Position numbers and translations under genes: made by a program. A stretch of 64,000 nucleotides of DNA from Myxococcota bacterium. Its GTDB lineage: Bacteria; Myxococcota_A; Polyangia; Polyangiales; Houyiibacteriaceae. Below, piece after piece: positions 20,101-29,324 of the stretch. The stretch spans positions 1 to 64,000 of the forward strand of contig JBCCEA010000002.1 of the NCBI GenBank assembly GCA_039030515.1, given 5' to 3'. Each line of letters begins with the position of its first letter. The stretch's first letter is position 1. The notes beneath the pieces are model-generated. The model was not told the origin of the DNA and made no database searches. It worked only from the letters and a program-made list of their open reading frames with translations.

Positions 20101-20697
20101 TTACTGTACCACACGAGCGAGGCGAAGGAGTCTTGCATCGAAATTGCGTCCGGCTCGGCGCGCTCGATCGAGGTCGACTACCAGACGGGGGCGATTGTCG
20201 TGTACTTCGACCGAGAGCGCACAGCCTCGTCCAACGGCGGTGGAAGACCCACACATCAGCAGGCGCCCATCCGAGATCAAGCGGTCTCCGAGCGAGGAGG
20301 CCGCCGACTCGAGCCCTGCGGCGAGATAGACCGCGTCTGCGTCGTACTCCCGGATCGCAGTCATCGCCTGTGCCGGGTTCACGAAAGTCACCCTGCGGGA
20401 TCGAATAGCCCTTGCGCCCACCGTGAATCGTTCGGCAAGGGATCGAACTTTGGTGTCGAACGCGACGGCGTCTCTGGAGGACGAGCCGCTTGCTTCTCCC
20501 AGGATGACGAGTTTCAACGCACCTGTTTCCGTGGCGAGGTTTCTCTCGTACGCCAAACCTCGAACCAAAATGGTGGCGCGCAAGTCCACGGGAACCATCT
20601 GGGCAAAGCAGATCGAGGCAGATCCAAGGACCAGGAGCGCGCAAGCGAGGTTCCTGATCAAAGAGTTCACCCGTCTGGATCTAGCTTGGTTACCCAC
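20101..20697 (-). CDS. YfiR/DUF4154-family periplasmic protein
   Basis: Signal peptide, LRATILVRGLAY near the N-terminus and C-terminal PRLVVDLDRARRAG..FDARLLRLARVV, which is the typical YfiR-family ending. Confidence 0.8.
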   Translation of the reverse strand: MGNQARSRRVNSLIRNLACALLVLGSASICFAQMVPVDLRATILVRGLAYERNLATETGALKLVILGEASGSSSRDAVAFDTKVRSLAERFTVGARAIRSRRVTFVNPAQAMTAIREYDADAVYLAAGLESAASSLGDRLISDGRLLMCGSSTAVGRGCALSVEVHDNRPRLVVDLDRARRAGRNFDARLLRLARVVQ

Positions 20698-20990
20698 GTT
20701 TTCGCCCGCTTAGCATGCCCTAGACGCACCTCAAGGTAGCAATATTCACCAAAGCACAACGGGCACCTAGCTGGGTGTAGACCATTCCCGCTCTACGCGT
20801 GAAAGAAAAGCTTTTTTCTGCAGCACCGACTTCGTACCATCTTCCACGCATGGTTTTCTTCCACTCGCGAACGCAGCCTGCAGCCCCAGCTCGACTGCGA
20901 GAGCATGATTTCGTCGCCCGTCACGACGCTATCGCTTCGCACTCCAAGCGGTCTCCTGAAGTCTTTGCCGATACGCAAACCTCTGCTCCA

Positions 20991-22190
20991 GTGCCGCGTC
21001 GTGCACTGAGCGTTCTGTTTCTTGGCCTTTTTGTGAGTGCGTTCGGAGGATGCATCAACGATCTTGGCAGCGGCTCCACCGGAATCGAGATCGGGGGCAG
21101 ACTCACCTACGCCGGGTCGCAGGGGACGAACTTCGAGACGCCCGTTTATCTCTTGACGGTTACCTCCGGCGCAGGCGCCGATTCGGATCTTTACGCGCTC
21201 GCAAGGGTGCCGTTCGTCGAGACGACATACAGCATTAAGCATCTGCTGCCGGGCAGCTATTTCGTTACGGCCATTCTCTCTGACCAAAATACGGAAATCG
21301 ATCTCTCTACCCTGCCTATCGGCGCCTACCCCAACGCATGCGTCTTGGCCGAGCAGCCCACTTCCCGCGCGGTCACGCTGAGCCCGGAGGATACCGAGAG
21401 ACTCGATCTCGACATTACCGTCTACGATTCGGTAGCCGAAGACCCCTGTTTCAACGAGGTTTCGATAGAGCCCGATCTCTGTCCAGCGAGCGATCGATCG
21501 ACGGTTGCGGTCTCGGTTTCTTCAAACCTCAAAGCACCGCTCGACGGTGACCCAGCGATACTTCAGCTCACCCTTGAGAGCACTTCGAACCCGAAACTTG
21601 AGCGAGAGGTACGCTCCCTTGCCGCCGGAACTTATTCGTTCCCCGTCACCGTAGGCTTCAACCAGCTCGAACCCGGGACTTATATCGTTTCCACCTGTTT
21701 TGATGCAGCGGGCGATGAAACGTGCGACCCCTCCGATGCAACAGCTGCGGTCTCTAGTGCGTTTGAGGCGGTGGCTGCGGAGGTCGTACGCGTATCGCTC
21801 GATCTGGAAAGCGGCACGGGTTCTGTCGAAGATAGCAAGCCCCCGTCAAAAGCCGATTGCTCCTCGGGCACGGTAACGGCTGAGGTAAGCGGAACCACCG
21901 TGAGCGTCGGAAGTGGAGATCGACTCATCCTATCGCTCTTCGAGGGAACCCCCAGTCAGCGGCAACCCGAGTTCAGCAACAGTGTCGAGGTGGAAGACCT
22001 ACCTGTGACCATCTCGGTGAATGCGCTTCCCGGAGAATATTCCGTAGTCCTCTGCTACCGCCGGGGAGACTCACCCTCGGAATTCTGCGACGGACCTGAG
22101 GATATCCTGGTCGTCGTCGGAGGATTCTCCTCGACGATCACGGTTGAGGAAAATGAGACGACCAACCTAACTGCAGAGCTCACGCCATGA
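20991..22190 (+). CDS. Lipoprotein with three repeated beta-sandwich (DUF2141/Ig-like) modules
   Basis: Lipobox AFGGC after a hydrophobic stretch. Three L.PG.Y.V motifs (LLPGSYFV, LEPGTYIV, LPGEYSV). The stop overlaps the TonB receptor start (ATGA). Confidence 0.7.
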   Translation: MPRRALSVLFLGLFVSAFGGCINDLGSGSTGIEIGGRLTYAGSQGTNFETPVYLLTVTSGAGADSDLYALARVPFVETTYSIKHLLPGSYFVTAILSDQNTEIDLSTLPIGAYPNACVLAEQPTSRAVTLSPEDTERLDLDITVYDSVAEDPCFNEVSIEPDLCPASDRSTVAVSVSSNLKAPLDGDPAILQLTLESTSNPKLEREVRSLAAGTYSFPVTVGFNQLEPGTYIVSTCFDAAGDETCDPSDATAAVSSAFEAVAAEVVRVSLDLESGTGSVEDSKPPSKADCSSGTVTAEVSGTTVSVGSGDRLILSLFEGTPSQRQPEFSNSVEVEDLPVTISVNALPGEYSVVLCYRRGDSPSEFCDGPEDILVVVGGFSSTITVEENETTNLTAELTP

Positions 22191-24379
22191 AGTCGAACGG
22201 CCTACGCGCTGCGTTCTCGATGGGATTGACCCTCTCCCTATACGTCTGCGCACGATCTCACGCTTGGGCTCAAGCGGATATTGACGAAACGGGGCCGACT
22301 CCCGGCGACCATGCCTCGCTGAGCGAACTCCCAAGCGAGCCTACCGCCAATGACGGGATCCAGGGGGAGATGGACGATGCGGCGCTACCAGAGCTCGATG
22401 GTGGAGCCGAAAACGACCTGCTCGCGCTCAGCTTTGAGAGCTTTGAGGAGCTGATGGCCGTAGAGCTTGTGCAAAGCGCTTCTAGAAGGACCCAGTCCAT
22501 TCACGAGGCGCCGTCTGCGATCACCCTACTGACCTCAAATCAGATTGAAGCGCTCGGGGCCCAGTACGTTCCGGAGATCCTCCGTCGCGTCGTTGGCGTA
22601 CATGTGATTCGCCCCTCGGCCAATTTCTTTCGAGTGACTATGCGAAATCCGGGTGCGCTCGCCAACGGCCGGATTCGGGTACTTCTCGATGGGCGCAGCG
22701 TCATGGATCCCCTCGCCAACCTCAACTCCATGTCCGGTATCGCCGTGACCCCGGGCCAGGTCGAAAGGATCGAGGTGATTCGAGGGCCAGGTTCGACCCT
22801 CTACGGTCCCAATGCTGTCGGCGGAGTGATCTCGATTCGGTCGCGCCGGCCCCTCGACCACCCGGGATTTGAAGGCAGATTTCAGGGCGGGGTCGGTTAT
22901 CTACCCCAGGAGGAGATAACTTCTGCAAGCCTGCAAGATGTGGGCATGGGCTACCTGGGCTACAACTGGGTCAATTCCGACAGAACCATCGGTGCCCAGC
23001 TGAGCATGGGATACGGGCAAATGAGGGACTGGTCGGAGGATCTCGAGATCGATGAAGACGGGCACTACTTTAATTTCCGCCCGAGCTTCCAATACCGTCC
23101 CGATGAGAGAACCGAGATTTGGATCGGCGGTGTCATCAAGCGCATGGAGTTGGTGGCGGCGCTCGGGGGCATTGGTGCCCCTACCGAGTTGGAGGAGGTA
23201 GAGCACGCGGTCATTGTCTCGGCATCCCGCAACGGCATGGTCGACGGCCTGGTTTCCGCTCTCGTTCAGTTCGACTCTACCTATCGACAGAACACCATCT
23301 TTGGGATCACACCCGACGGCTTTGAGCATCACCTGCTCGTGCAGTCGGATCTCAGCCTGTTTGGAGGACGGTCTGTCACGCTCGTCGGGGGAGAAATGAA
23401 CCTGATGAGGTTCAACGACTTTTCTTCGGTCGATCCCGAATCTACCGATTTAAGTATCTTTCTGCAGGAGGAACTGGCGCTTACATCGGATCGCAGATTC
23501 CTGGTCAATACGGCGATCCGATTCGACCGGACCCAGTATTCAGACGGCCAAGGAGTCAAAGCCACATATCGAAACGCCAACCCCAGGGCGACTCTGATCT
23601 ACCGACCTCATCGTGATCACGACGTTCGGCTTTCCTTCGCGACAGCCTTTCGAGTGCCGAGAGCACTTCAAATATCGACGGGTATTGTAAGACCTCCTAC
23701 CAATCCAGAGGATCCGGCCATTCGGATTCTAGTCGCCAATCCCAGCATCAAACCCGAGTCGATGCGCTCCATGGAAGTCGGCTATCGAGGGAACCTTGGA
23801 GAAACCCTCCGAGTCGACTTCACCGGATTCGTGCAAGAACTCGAAAATATCTTGGAGACTGACGAGGATGAAGTCGGCAGCGTGCTCCCTCTGGCCTATG
23901 TGAATGGCGACACGATCCAGACTTTGGGTGGGGAGCTGGCGGTATCTTGGACACCGGATCCAATGTTCAGCACGTACCTCAATTATCGAAGTGCGCGAAG
24001 CCGAAGGGAGGCATCTGGAGAGCGCTACCGGAGAATGCCCGAGCACGTTTTGGGTTACGGATTTGATATCCGACCGGGGCTCGGCTTTTCAATCCATACG
24101 GACCTCAATTTTGTCACTGGAGTAACGGCTCGACGCAGTGTGGGAGAACTGCAGGACCTCAGCACGCCGGCGTCAGAGGAGTCGTTACCGGACATCATCG
24201 ACCTGAACCTCAAGGTAGCCAAAAGCATCTTCGGTGGACGCGCCGAGGTATTCATGAATGGACGAAACCTCGCAGCGCTTTTCCGTGACGAAAGCGAACT
24301 GGTGGTGGGTGGTTTTTCTGGGCAAGCACTTCCCATCGGAGCCACCGTACTCGCGGGCATCCGGTTCAGCGAAGAATAA
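22187..24379 (+). CDS. TonB-dependent outer-membrane receptor
   Basis: Plug motifs SASRRTQSIHEAPSAITLLT and ERIEVIRGPGSTLYGPNAVGGVI; barrel motif NPSIKPE; C-terminal AGIRF. Confidence 0.9.
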   Translation: MKSNGLRAAFSMGLTLSLYVCARSHAWAQADIDETGPTPGDHASLSELPSEPTANDGIQGEMDDAALPELDGGAENDLLALSFESFEELMAVELVQSASRRTQSIHEAPSAITLLTSNQIEALGAQYVPEILRRVVGVHVIRPSANFFRVTMRNPGALANGRIRVLLDGRSVMDPLANLNSMSGIAVTPGQVERIEVIRGPGSTLYGPNAVGGVISIRSRRPLDHPGFEGRFQGGVGYLPQEEITSASLQDVGMGYLGYNWVNSDRTIGAQLSMGYGQMRDWSEDLEIDEDGHYFNFRPSFQYRPDERTEIWIGGVIKRMELVAALGGIGAPTELEEVEHAVIVSASRNGMVDGLVSALVQFDSTYRQNTIFGITPDGFEHHLLVQSDLSLFGGRSVTLVGGEMNLMRFNDFSSVDPESTDLSIFLQEELALTSDRRFLVNTAIRFDRTQYSDGQGVKATYRNANPRATLIYRPHRDHDVRLSFATAFRVPRALQISTGIVRPPTNPEDPAIRILVANPSIKPESMRSMEVGYRGNLGETLRVDFTGFVQELENILETDEDEVGSVLPLAYVNGDTIQTLGGELAVSWTPDPMFSTYLNYRSARSRREASGERYRRMPEHVLGYGFDIRPGLGFSIHTDLNFVTGVTARRSVGELQDLSTPASEESLPDIIDLNLKVAKSIFGGRAEVFMNGRNLAALFRDESELVVGGFSGQALPIGATVLAGIRFSEE

Positions 24380-24439
24380 GCCCCTTCCAGAGCCGACTCA
24401 GGTGCGGTACGATGATAATTGGGTTTGGGGAACAACGCT

Positions 24440-24871
24440 ATGCGCGCCAAGGTGATGCTCATCGACGACGACAAGGTAACGGTGACCGTACTCAGCGCCT
24501 TTCTGAGGAAAGAGGGATTTGAGGTGGTCGCAAGAACCGAGGCCATCGGTTCGGCAGCCGCGATCGTCTCTGAAAAACCCGATATCGTGGTGATGGATAT
24601 CGATATGCCGGCGCTTAAGGGCGACCGCATCGTTTCGATAGTCGGTGATCGTCCTGAGCTCAAAAGCGTGGGATTCATCTTACATTCGAGCATGCCCATC
24701 AAAAAGCTGCATGAGGTGCGCAACTCCTGCCAAGCTAACGGGATTGCACACAAAGATGGTGGTCACCGTGGTCTTTTGGCCGAAGTAGATCGGGTCCTGA
24801 AGCTGCTCGGTACCGACCGAAGTAGACCATCGACCCGGATGGATACCACCTTTCCAGACAACGTCAGCTAG
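24440..24871 (+). CDS. Single-domain response regulator (REC)
   Basis: KVMLIDDD, PDIVVMDIDMP (phospho-Asp), LHSS and conserved Lys (AHK). Confidence 0.85.
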   Translation: MRAKVMLIDDDKVTVTVLSAFLRKEGFEVVARTEAIGSAAAIVSEKPDIVVMDIDMPALKGDRIVSIVGDRPELKSVGFILHSSMPIKKLHEVRNSCQANGIAHKDGGHRGLLAEVDRVLKLLGTDRSRPSTRMDTTFPDNVS

Positions 24872-25135
24872 CGGACCCGTCCAGAGCGGCGATCCATCGG
24901 GTTCCTCAAGCTGACGCGACGGGACCCTCGACTCCCGTCATTTTTTGGCCAAGCACCTTTGTTCGCAACCCAGTTCGAGCTTTGTTCGCTACGCCGTTCG
25001 GAAGTTCTCCCTCACCCGGACCTATGTGCGGATTTGTGAGGGAGATACTCCTAACGGTGCGACTCAAAATCGAGACAAACGCCGGCATGCAGCGTGCGTC
25101 TCGGCGCTTGATCCGCTTAGTAACGCTCGATCTGC

Positions 25136-26494
25136 TTAATAGCGGTAGTGTTCCGGCTTGAACGGGCCCTGAGCGGGAACGCCAAGGTATTCGCTCTGCG
25201 TCGCGCTAAGCTTGGACAGCGTGGCTCCCAGCTTGGAAAGGTGGAGACTCGCTACCTTTTCATCAAGGTGCTTCGGAAGGAAGTACACCTTGCCGGCCTC
25301 ATATTTTTCCGTCTCGGTAAAAAGCGTGATCTGAGCAAGCACCTGATTGGTAAACGAGTTGCTCATCACAAAACTGGGATGCCCTGTCGCGCAGCCCAGA
25401 TTCACCAAGCGGCCTCGAGCCAAAACGATGATGCGCTTGCCATCTGGAAAAATAAAATGGTCGACCTGGGGCTTGATCGGCTCTTCTACGACTCCATTCT
25501 GAGGATCCGTGAGCCAAGACATCTGAATCTCTGAATCGAAATGCCCGATATTGCAGAGAATCGCTTCGTGCTTCATCGCCTTCATATGCGCCCCGGTCAC
25601 CACATCACAACAGCCGGTCGCCGTGACGACGATATCGGCTATGGGTGCAGCTTCGTCCATGGTCACCACCTGAAGCCCCTCCATCGCAGCCTGAAGAGCG
25701 CAGATGGGATCCACCTCGGTCACTAGCACTCGAGCGCCCTGCATCTTCAATGCTTGAACGCTCCCCTTACCCACGTCGCCGTAGCCACACACGACCGCCA
25801 CCTTGCCGGAAATCATCACGTCGGTGGCGCGCTTGATCCCGTCCACGAGAGATTCTCGGCATCCGTAGAGATTGTCGAACTTGCTCTTGGTCACCGAATC
25901 ATTAACGTTGATGGCGGGGCACTTCAGGGCGCCAGACTTGGACATCTCATAGAGCCGATGGACTCCGGTCGTCGTCTCCTCCGAAAGCCCTCGAATGGCG
26001 TCTTTCCCTTGAAAGAACTGCGGATATTGCTCGTGCACGATCTTGGTGAGATCTCCGCCATCGTCGAGAATCATATTGGGCGCTTTGCCTCCCGCAAAGC
26101 TCTTGAGCTGCTGCTCAATACACCACTCGTACTCTTCTTCGGTTTCGCCCTTCCACGCGAATACCGGCACCCCGGTGGCTGCGATCGCGGCTGCTGCATG
26201 ATCCTGAGTGGAGTAGATGTTGCAGCTCGTCCAGGTGATCTCTGCACCCAAATCCTTCAGGGTCTCGATCAGCACCGCGGTCTGTATCGTCATATGCAAA
26301 CAGCCCGCAATACGCGCACCGGCAAGGGGTTGACTGGCAGCATATTCTTCGCGGACCGCCATCAGTCCCGGCATTTCATGTTCCGCGATCTTGATTTCCT
26401 TCCGGCCCCAGTCCGCCAAAGAGATATCAGCGACCTTGTACTTCGGCTTCGAACCTCGCACGTCTTGGACCGAACTCTGTGATTGCGTTTCCAT
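25136..26494 (-). CDS. ahcY: Adenosylhomocysteinase
   Basis: [56 protein letters not shown] and KPEHYRY. Confidence 0.98.
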   Translation of the reverse strand: METQSQSSVQDVRGSKPKYKVADISLADWGRKEIKIAEHEMPGLMAVREEYAASQPLAGARIAGCLHMTIQTAVLIETLKDLGAEITWTSCNIYSTQDHAAAAIAATGVPVFAWKGETEEEYEWCIEQQLKSFAGGKAPNMILDDGGDLTKIVHEQYPQFFQGKDAIRGLSEETTTGVHRLYEMSKSGALKCPAINVNDSVTKSKFDNLYGCRESLVDGIKRATDVMISGKVAVVCGYGDVGKGSVQALKMQGARVLVTEVDPICALQAAMEGLQVVTMDEAAPIADIVVTATGCCDVVTGAHMKAMKHEAILCNIGHFDSEIQMSWLTDPQNGVVEEPIKPQVDHFIFPDGKRIIVLARGRLVNLGCATGHPSFVMSNSFTNQVLAQITLFTETEKYEAGKVYFLPKHLDEKVASLHLSKLGATLSKLSATQSEYLGVPAQGPFKPEHYRY

Positions 26495-26517
26495 CGTCTT
26501 AGTTCTCCTTCAGAGGT

Positions 26518-27534
26518 CTATTTGTAAAGATCTCCAGATTTCTCAGCGACGAGCACCTGCCAGTCCAGATGACCGTCCACACCCTGACCGCAAAAGGCAG
26601 CCGGAACTCGGTAGACTCGGGGGGAAGACAGTCCCGCTTGCTCCGCAAACCCTATCAACTCATCTTCGGCAAACCCCATCCACAAATCTGCATGCGCATC
26701 ACGGAACGCTTCATCCTCGTGAAGTGCGTAGTCAAAAACCACCAAAGAGCCCCCAGCCGCAACAAGTCTCGCATAGGAACGAATCGCCTGAGCCGGACGC
26801 GGTGCATGATGGAGCACCCGAGACGCAAAAACCGAATCTGCTTCGATCGGCTCGATAGACCGAATGGTGTCGTCATCTTCGATATCAGCGCAAATAAATT
26901 CGACGTTCTCGAGGTTGCGCTCGCGCACTCTGCGGCGGGCTAGGGCAAGTCGAGCTTCCGAACGGTCGACGGCGAGCACCCGCAGGTACACCGGAGAGAG
27001 CAGCTCGAGCAGAGGGCCTGCTCCGGTACCGATATCTACAGCCAACGCCCTTCTCGGCAGCAGCGCAGACAACGCGGTGAGATACACGGCGAATTCGTCC
27101 GGGACCGAGAACGCTTCGACCGCCGCTTGTGGTTCGTGAGAAAAAAACGCTCGTGCCGCGGCATCACGACGACGAACCACCTCAGCCGCGCGTGCAAAAA
27201 CCCGCTCTTGCCGGCAAAGGTGCGTCCCCGCCGTCAGCGCGTCTGCGACCACCGGATCTCGCTCCATCTCCTGAGCAAACCTCGCGAATACGCGTACCCC
27301 CTGCTTGCGCACCTGAACGAGCGATCGCTGACGCAACATCTTGATTTGCCGAGAAATCGTGGATTGCGACTCACCAAGAAGCTCAGCGAGTTCACCGACA
27401 GTAAGCTCCTCCTCGGCCAAAAGGGCCATGATGCGAAGACGCACCGGCTCCCCGAACAGCTTGTAAAGCTCCCAACGTTCGCCTGCTGCAAGGGCCCCGC
27501 CTGCAAAGGCCGGCCTCGGTTCTGCAACGTCCAC
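26518..27534 (-). CDS. ArsR-family regulator fused to a SAM-methyltransferase domain (SahR-like)
   Basis: N-terminal ArsR HTH (RLRIMALL..EELTVGEL...SQSTISRQ) plus DIGTGAG and VLHHAP motifs. It lies directly upstream of ahcY, as in known sahR-ahcY operons. Confidence 0.88.
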   Translation of the reverse strand: MDVAEPRPAFAGGALAAGERWELYKLFGEPVRLRIMALLAEEELTVGELAELLGESQSTISRQIKMLRQRSLVQVRKQGVRVFARFAQEMERDPVVADALTAGTHLCRQERVFARAAEVVRRRDAAARAFFSHEPQAAVEAFSVPDEFAVYLTALSALLPRRALAVDIGTGAGPLLELLSPVYLRVLAVDRSEARLALARRRVRERNLENVEFICADIEDDDTIRSIEPIEADSVFASRVLHHAPRPAQAIRSYARLVAAGGSLVVFDYALHEDEAFRDAHADLWMGFAEDELIGFAEQAGLSSPRVYRVPAAFCGQGVDGHLDWQVLVAEKSGDLYK

Positions 27535-27642
27535 GAGGATCAGAATATGTCTCTATGCGCAACGATGCAAGCATGGGCTCCGGATGAGGCTCGAGCCGAC
27601 CTAGGAGGTGCGATATCGCGCCTGGCTCGGCATGAGCACACA

Positions 27643-27705
27643 GTGCGGCCGCGAATACGGTGCGGCCGCGAATACGGTGCGGCCGTGAATACGGTGCGGC
27701 CGCGA
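27643..27705. repeat. 17-bp tandem repeat x3.7
   Basis: GTGCGGCCG(C/T)GAATACG at 27643, 27660, 27677 and 27694 (partial), abutting the nth stop. Confidence 0.9.
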
Positions 27706-27706
27706 G

Positions 27707-28324
27707 TTAGGCAGCCCAGGAACAAATCGGGCAGTGCTGCGCCACGTGACGTCGTGCCGGACAGTGCTCGCGTCCGAAGTAGATGATCTGGAGATGTCGA
27801 CGATTCCACGTCTCTTCGGGGAACACGCGCTTGAGATCTTTTTCGGTGGTTTGGACGTTTTTTCCGTTCGACAGCCCCCAACGCGCGGCCAAACGATGGA
27901 TGTGCGTGTCGACTGGAAATGCGGGCACACCGAACGCCTGCGCCATCACCACCGATGCGGTTTTGTGCCCGACGCCCGGTAGCAACTCGAGGGCGTCGAA
28001 GTCTTGCGGAACCGTTCCGTTGTGGTCACGAAGCAGCTGTTCACTCAATCCCTTCAAGTTCTTAGCCTTGGTTGGCGCAAGACCGATCGCTCGAATCAGC
28101 TCCAAGATTTCACTCACCTCGAGGGCCGCCATACGCTCCGGATCGGAGGCGCGCTGAAAAAGGCCTTTGGTGATCTCATTAACCTTTTTGTCCGTAGACT
28201 GCGCGGAAAGCACCACCGAGACGAGCAGGGTGAAGGGATCGGAGTGATCTAGAGGGATCGGCGGTTTCGGGTATAGCTCGTCGAGCTGAACTCCGATCCG
28301 GTCGGCTTTTGCGGCGAGTTTCAT
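27707..28324 (-). CDS. nth: Endonuclease III
   Basis: LVSVVLSAQSTD, HhH motif LPGVGHKTA, VDTHIHR and a C-terminal Cys cluster. Confidence 0.95.
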   Translation of the reverse strand: MKLAAKADRIGVQLDELYPKPPIPLDHSDPFTLLVSVVLSAQSTDKKVNEITKGLFQRASDPERMAALEVSEILELIRAIGLAPTKAKNLKGLSEQLLRDHNGTVPQDFDALELLPGVGHKTASVVMAQAFGVPAFPVDTHIHRLAARWGLSNGKNVQTTEKDLKRVFPEETWNRRHLQIIYFGREHCPARRHVAQHCPICSWAA

Positions 28325-28412
28325 CAGAGGCTCTCGATGTAGCACGTGCGGCCGAGGGTCTGAGAGCTGCTACGTTGCGCCGGCGCGCATAAGATCGCTG
28401 GGGCACAGGATC

Positions 28413-28454
28413 TTTAGACACCGAGACTTTAAGTTTAGATACAGAGTCTCTAAG
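28413..28454. repeat. Imperfect 21-bp direct repeat x2 in the nth / hydrolase divergent promoter
   Basis: TTTAGACACCGAGACTTTAAG then TTTAGATACAGAGTCTCTAAG. Confidence 0.6.
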
Positions 28455-28465
28455 AAGGGGAAGCG

Positions 28466-29146
28466 ATGTCTGGAACAACCGTGGAAATCAAAGCCAACGC
28501 ATCGAATATATCTGGGTATCTGGCAACGCCCGCGGCAGGCCAAGGGCCTGGTGTCCTCGTGCTGCAAGAATGGTGGGGTTTGGTTCCCCATATCGAGCAG
28601 GTGGCGGACCGGCTTGCGGCACAGGGTTTTGTGGCTCTGGCTCCGGACCTGTATCGAGGTGAACAGACGAGCGATCCAGACGAGGCTGGACGCAGAATGA
28701 TGGCGCTAAATATAGAGCAAACCGCTCAGGACTTGGCGTCTGCCGCAGCCTACGTGCGTGCGCTCGACGCCTGCACACCGAAAAAGATTGGAGTCCTAGG
28801 TTTTTGCATGGGCGGTCAGCTTGCCCTCTTCGCAGCAACCAAAGACCAGGACATCGGCGCAACGGTCAACTTCTACGGAATTCACCCAAAGGTCGAACCG
28901 GACTACCGTCAGTTAAGCGGTCCCGTGCTTTGTCATTTCGGAGAGCACGATACGTTCGTCGCCAAGGAGACCGCAAGGCAGCTTGTAAACGAGCTAAGGG
29001 CCGCAGAGGTGGCGGTCGAAGCTCACTTTTATGACGCAGGCCATGCATTCTTTAACGACTCTCGAGCCGCAGCTTACGACAGAGCAGCTGCAGAAACCGC
29101 CTGGAGCCGCACCACCGAATTCCTGAAAGCCCATTTGTCTGCTTGA
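28466..29146 (+). CDS. Dienelactone hydrolase family protein
   Basis: QEWWGL, APDLY, nucleophile GFCMGG and AGHAFFN. Confidence 0.93.
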   Translation: MSGTTVEIKANASNISGYLATPAAGQGPGVLVLQEWWGLVPHIEQVADRLAAQGFVALAPDLYRGEQTSDPDEAGRRMMALNIEQTAQDLASAAAYVRALDACTPKKIGVLGFCMGGQLALFAATKDQDIGATVNFYGIHPKVEPDYRQLSGPVLCHFGEHDTFVAKETARQLVNELRAAEVAVEAHFYDAGHAFFNDSRAAAYDRAAAETAWSRTTEFLKAHLSA

Positions 29147-29152
29147 GCCATT

Positions 29153-29260
29153 CTCTGCGACGTCCCACCCTCTGCGACGGCTCCACCCTGTGCGACGTCC
29201 CTTATTCGCGGAAACCGCTGCTCGGGTTGACCACTGCAAAGTAATTGACCGCTGCAAAAC
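29153..29260. repeat. Two short tandem duplications (17/18-bp x3; 18-bp x2)
   Basis: CT(C/G)TGCGACG.. at 29153, 29170 and 29188; TTGACC(A/G)CTGCAAA at 29227 and 29245. Confidence 0.75.
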
Positions 29261-29295
29261 AAAAAAGCCGAGGAGCAGAATGCCTCGGCTTTTTT
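29261..29295. terminator. Bidirectional intrinsic terminator
   Basis: AAAAAAGCCGAGG-loop-CCTCGGCTTTTTT between convergent genes. Confidence 0.85.
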
Positions 29296-29324
29296 ACGTT
29301 CTGGATGCTCAGTTGAGCATCGTT

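Noticed and set aside
26494..27600. SAH/SAM riboswitch controlling ahcY
   Set aside because: The intergenic gap is only ~23 bp and I see no riboswitch motif upstream; the SahR-like regulator explains control, and this arrangement is already known.
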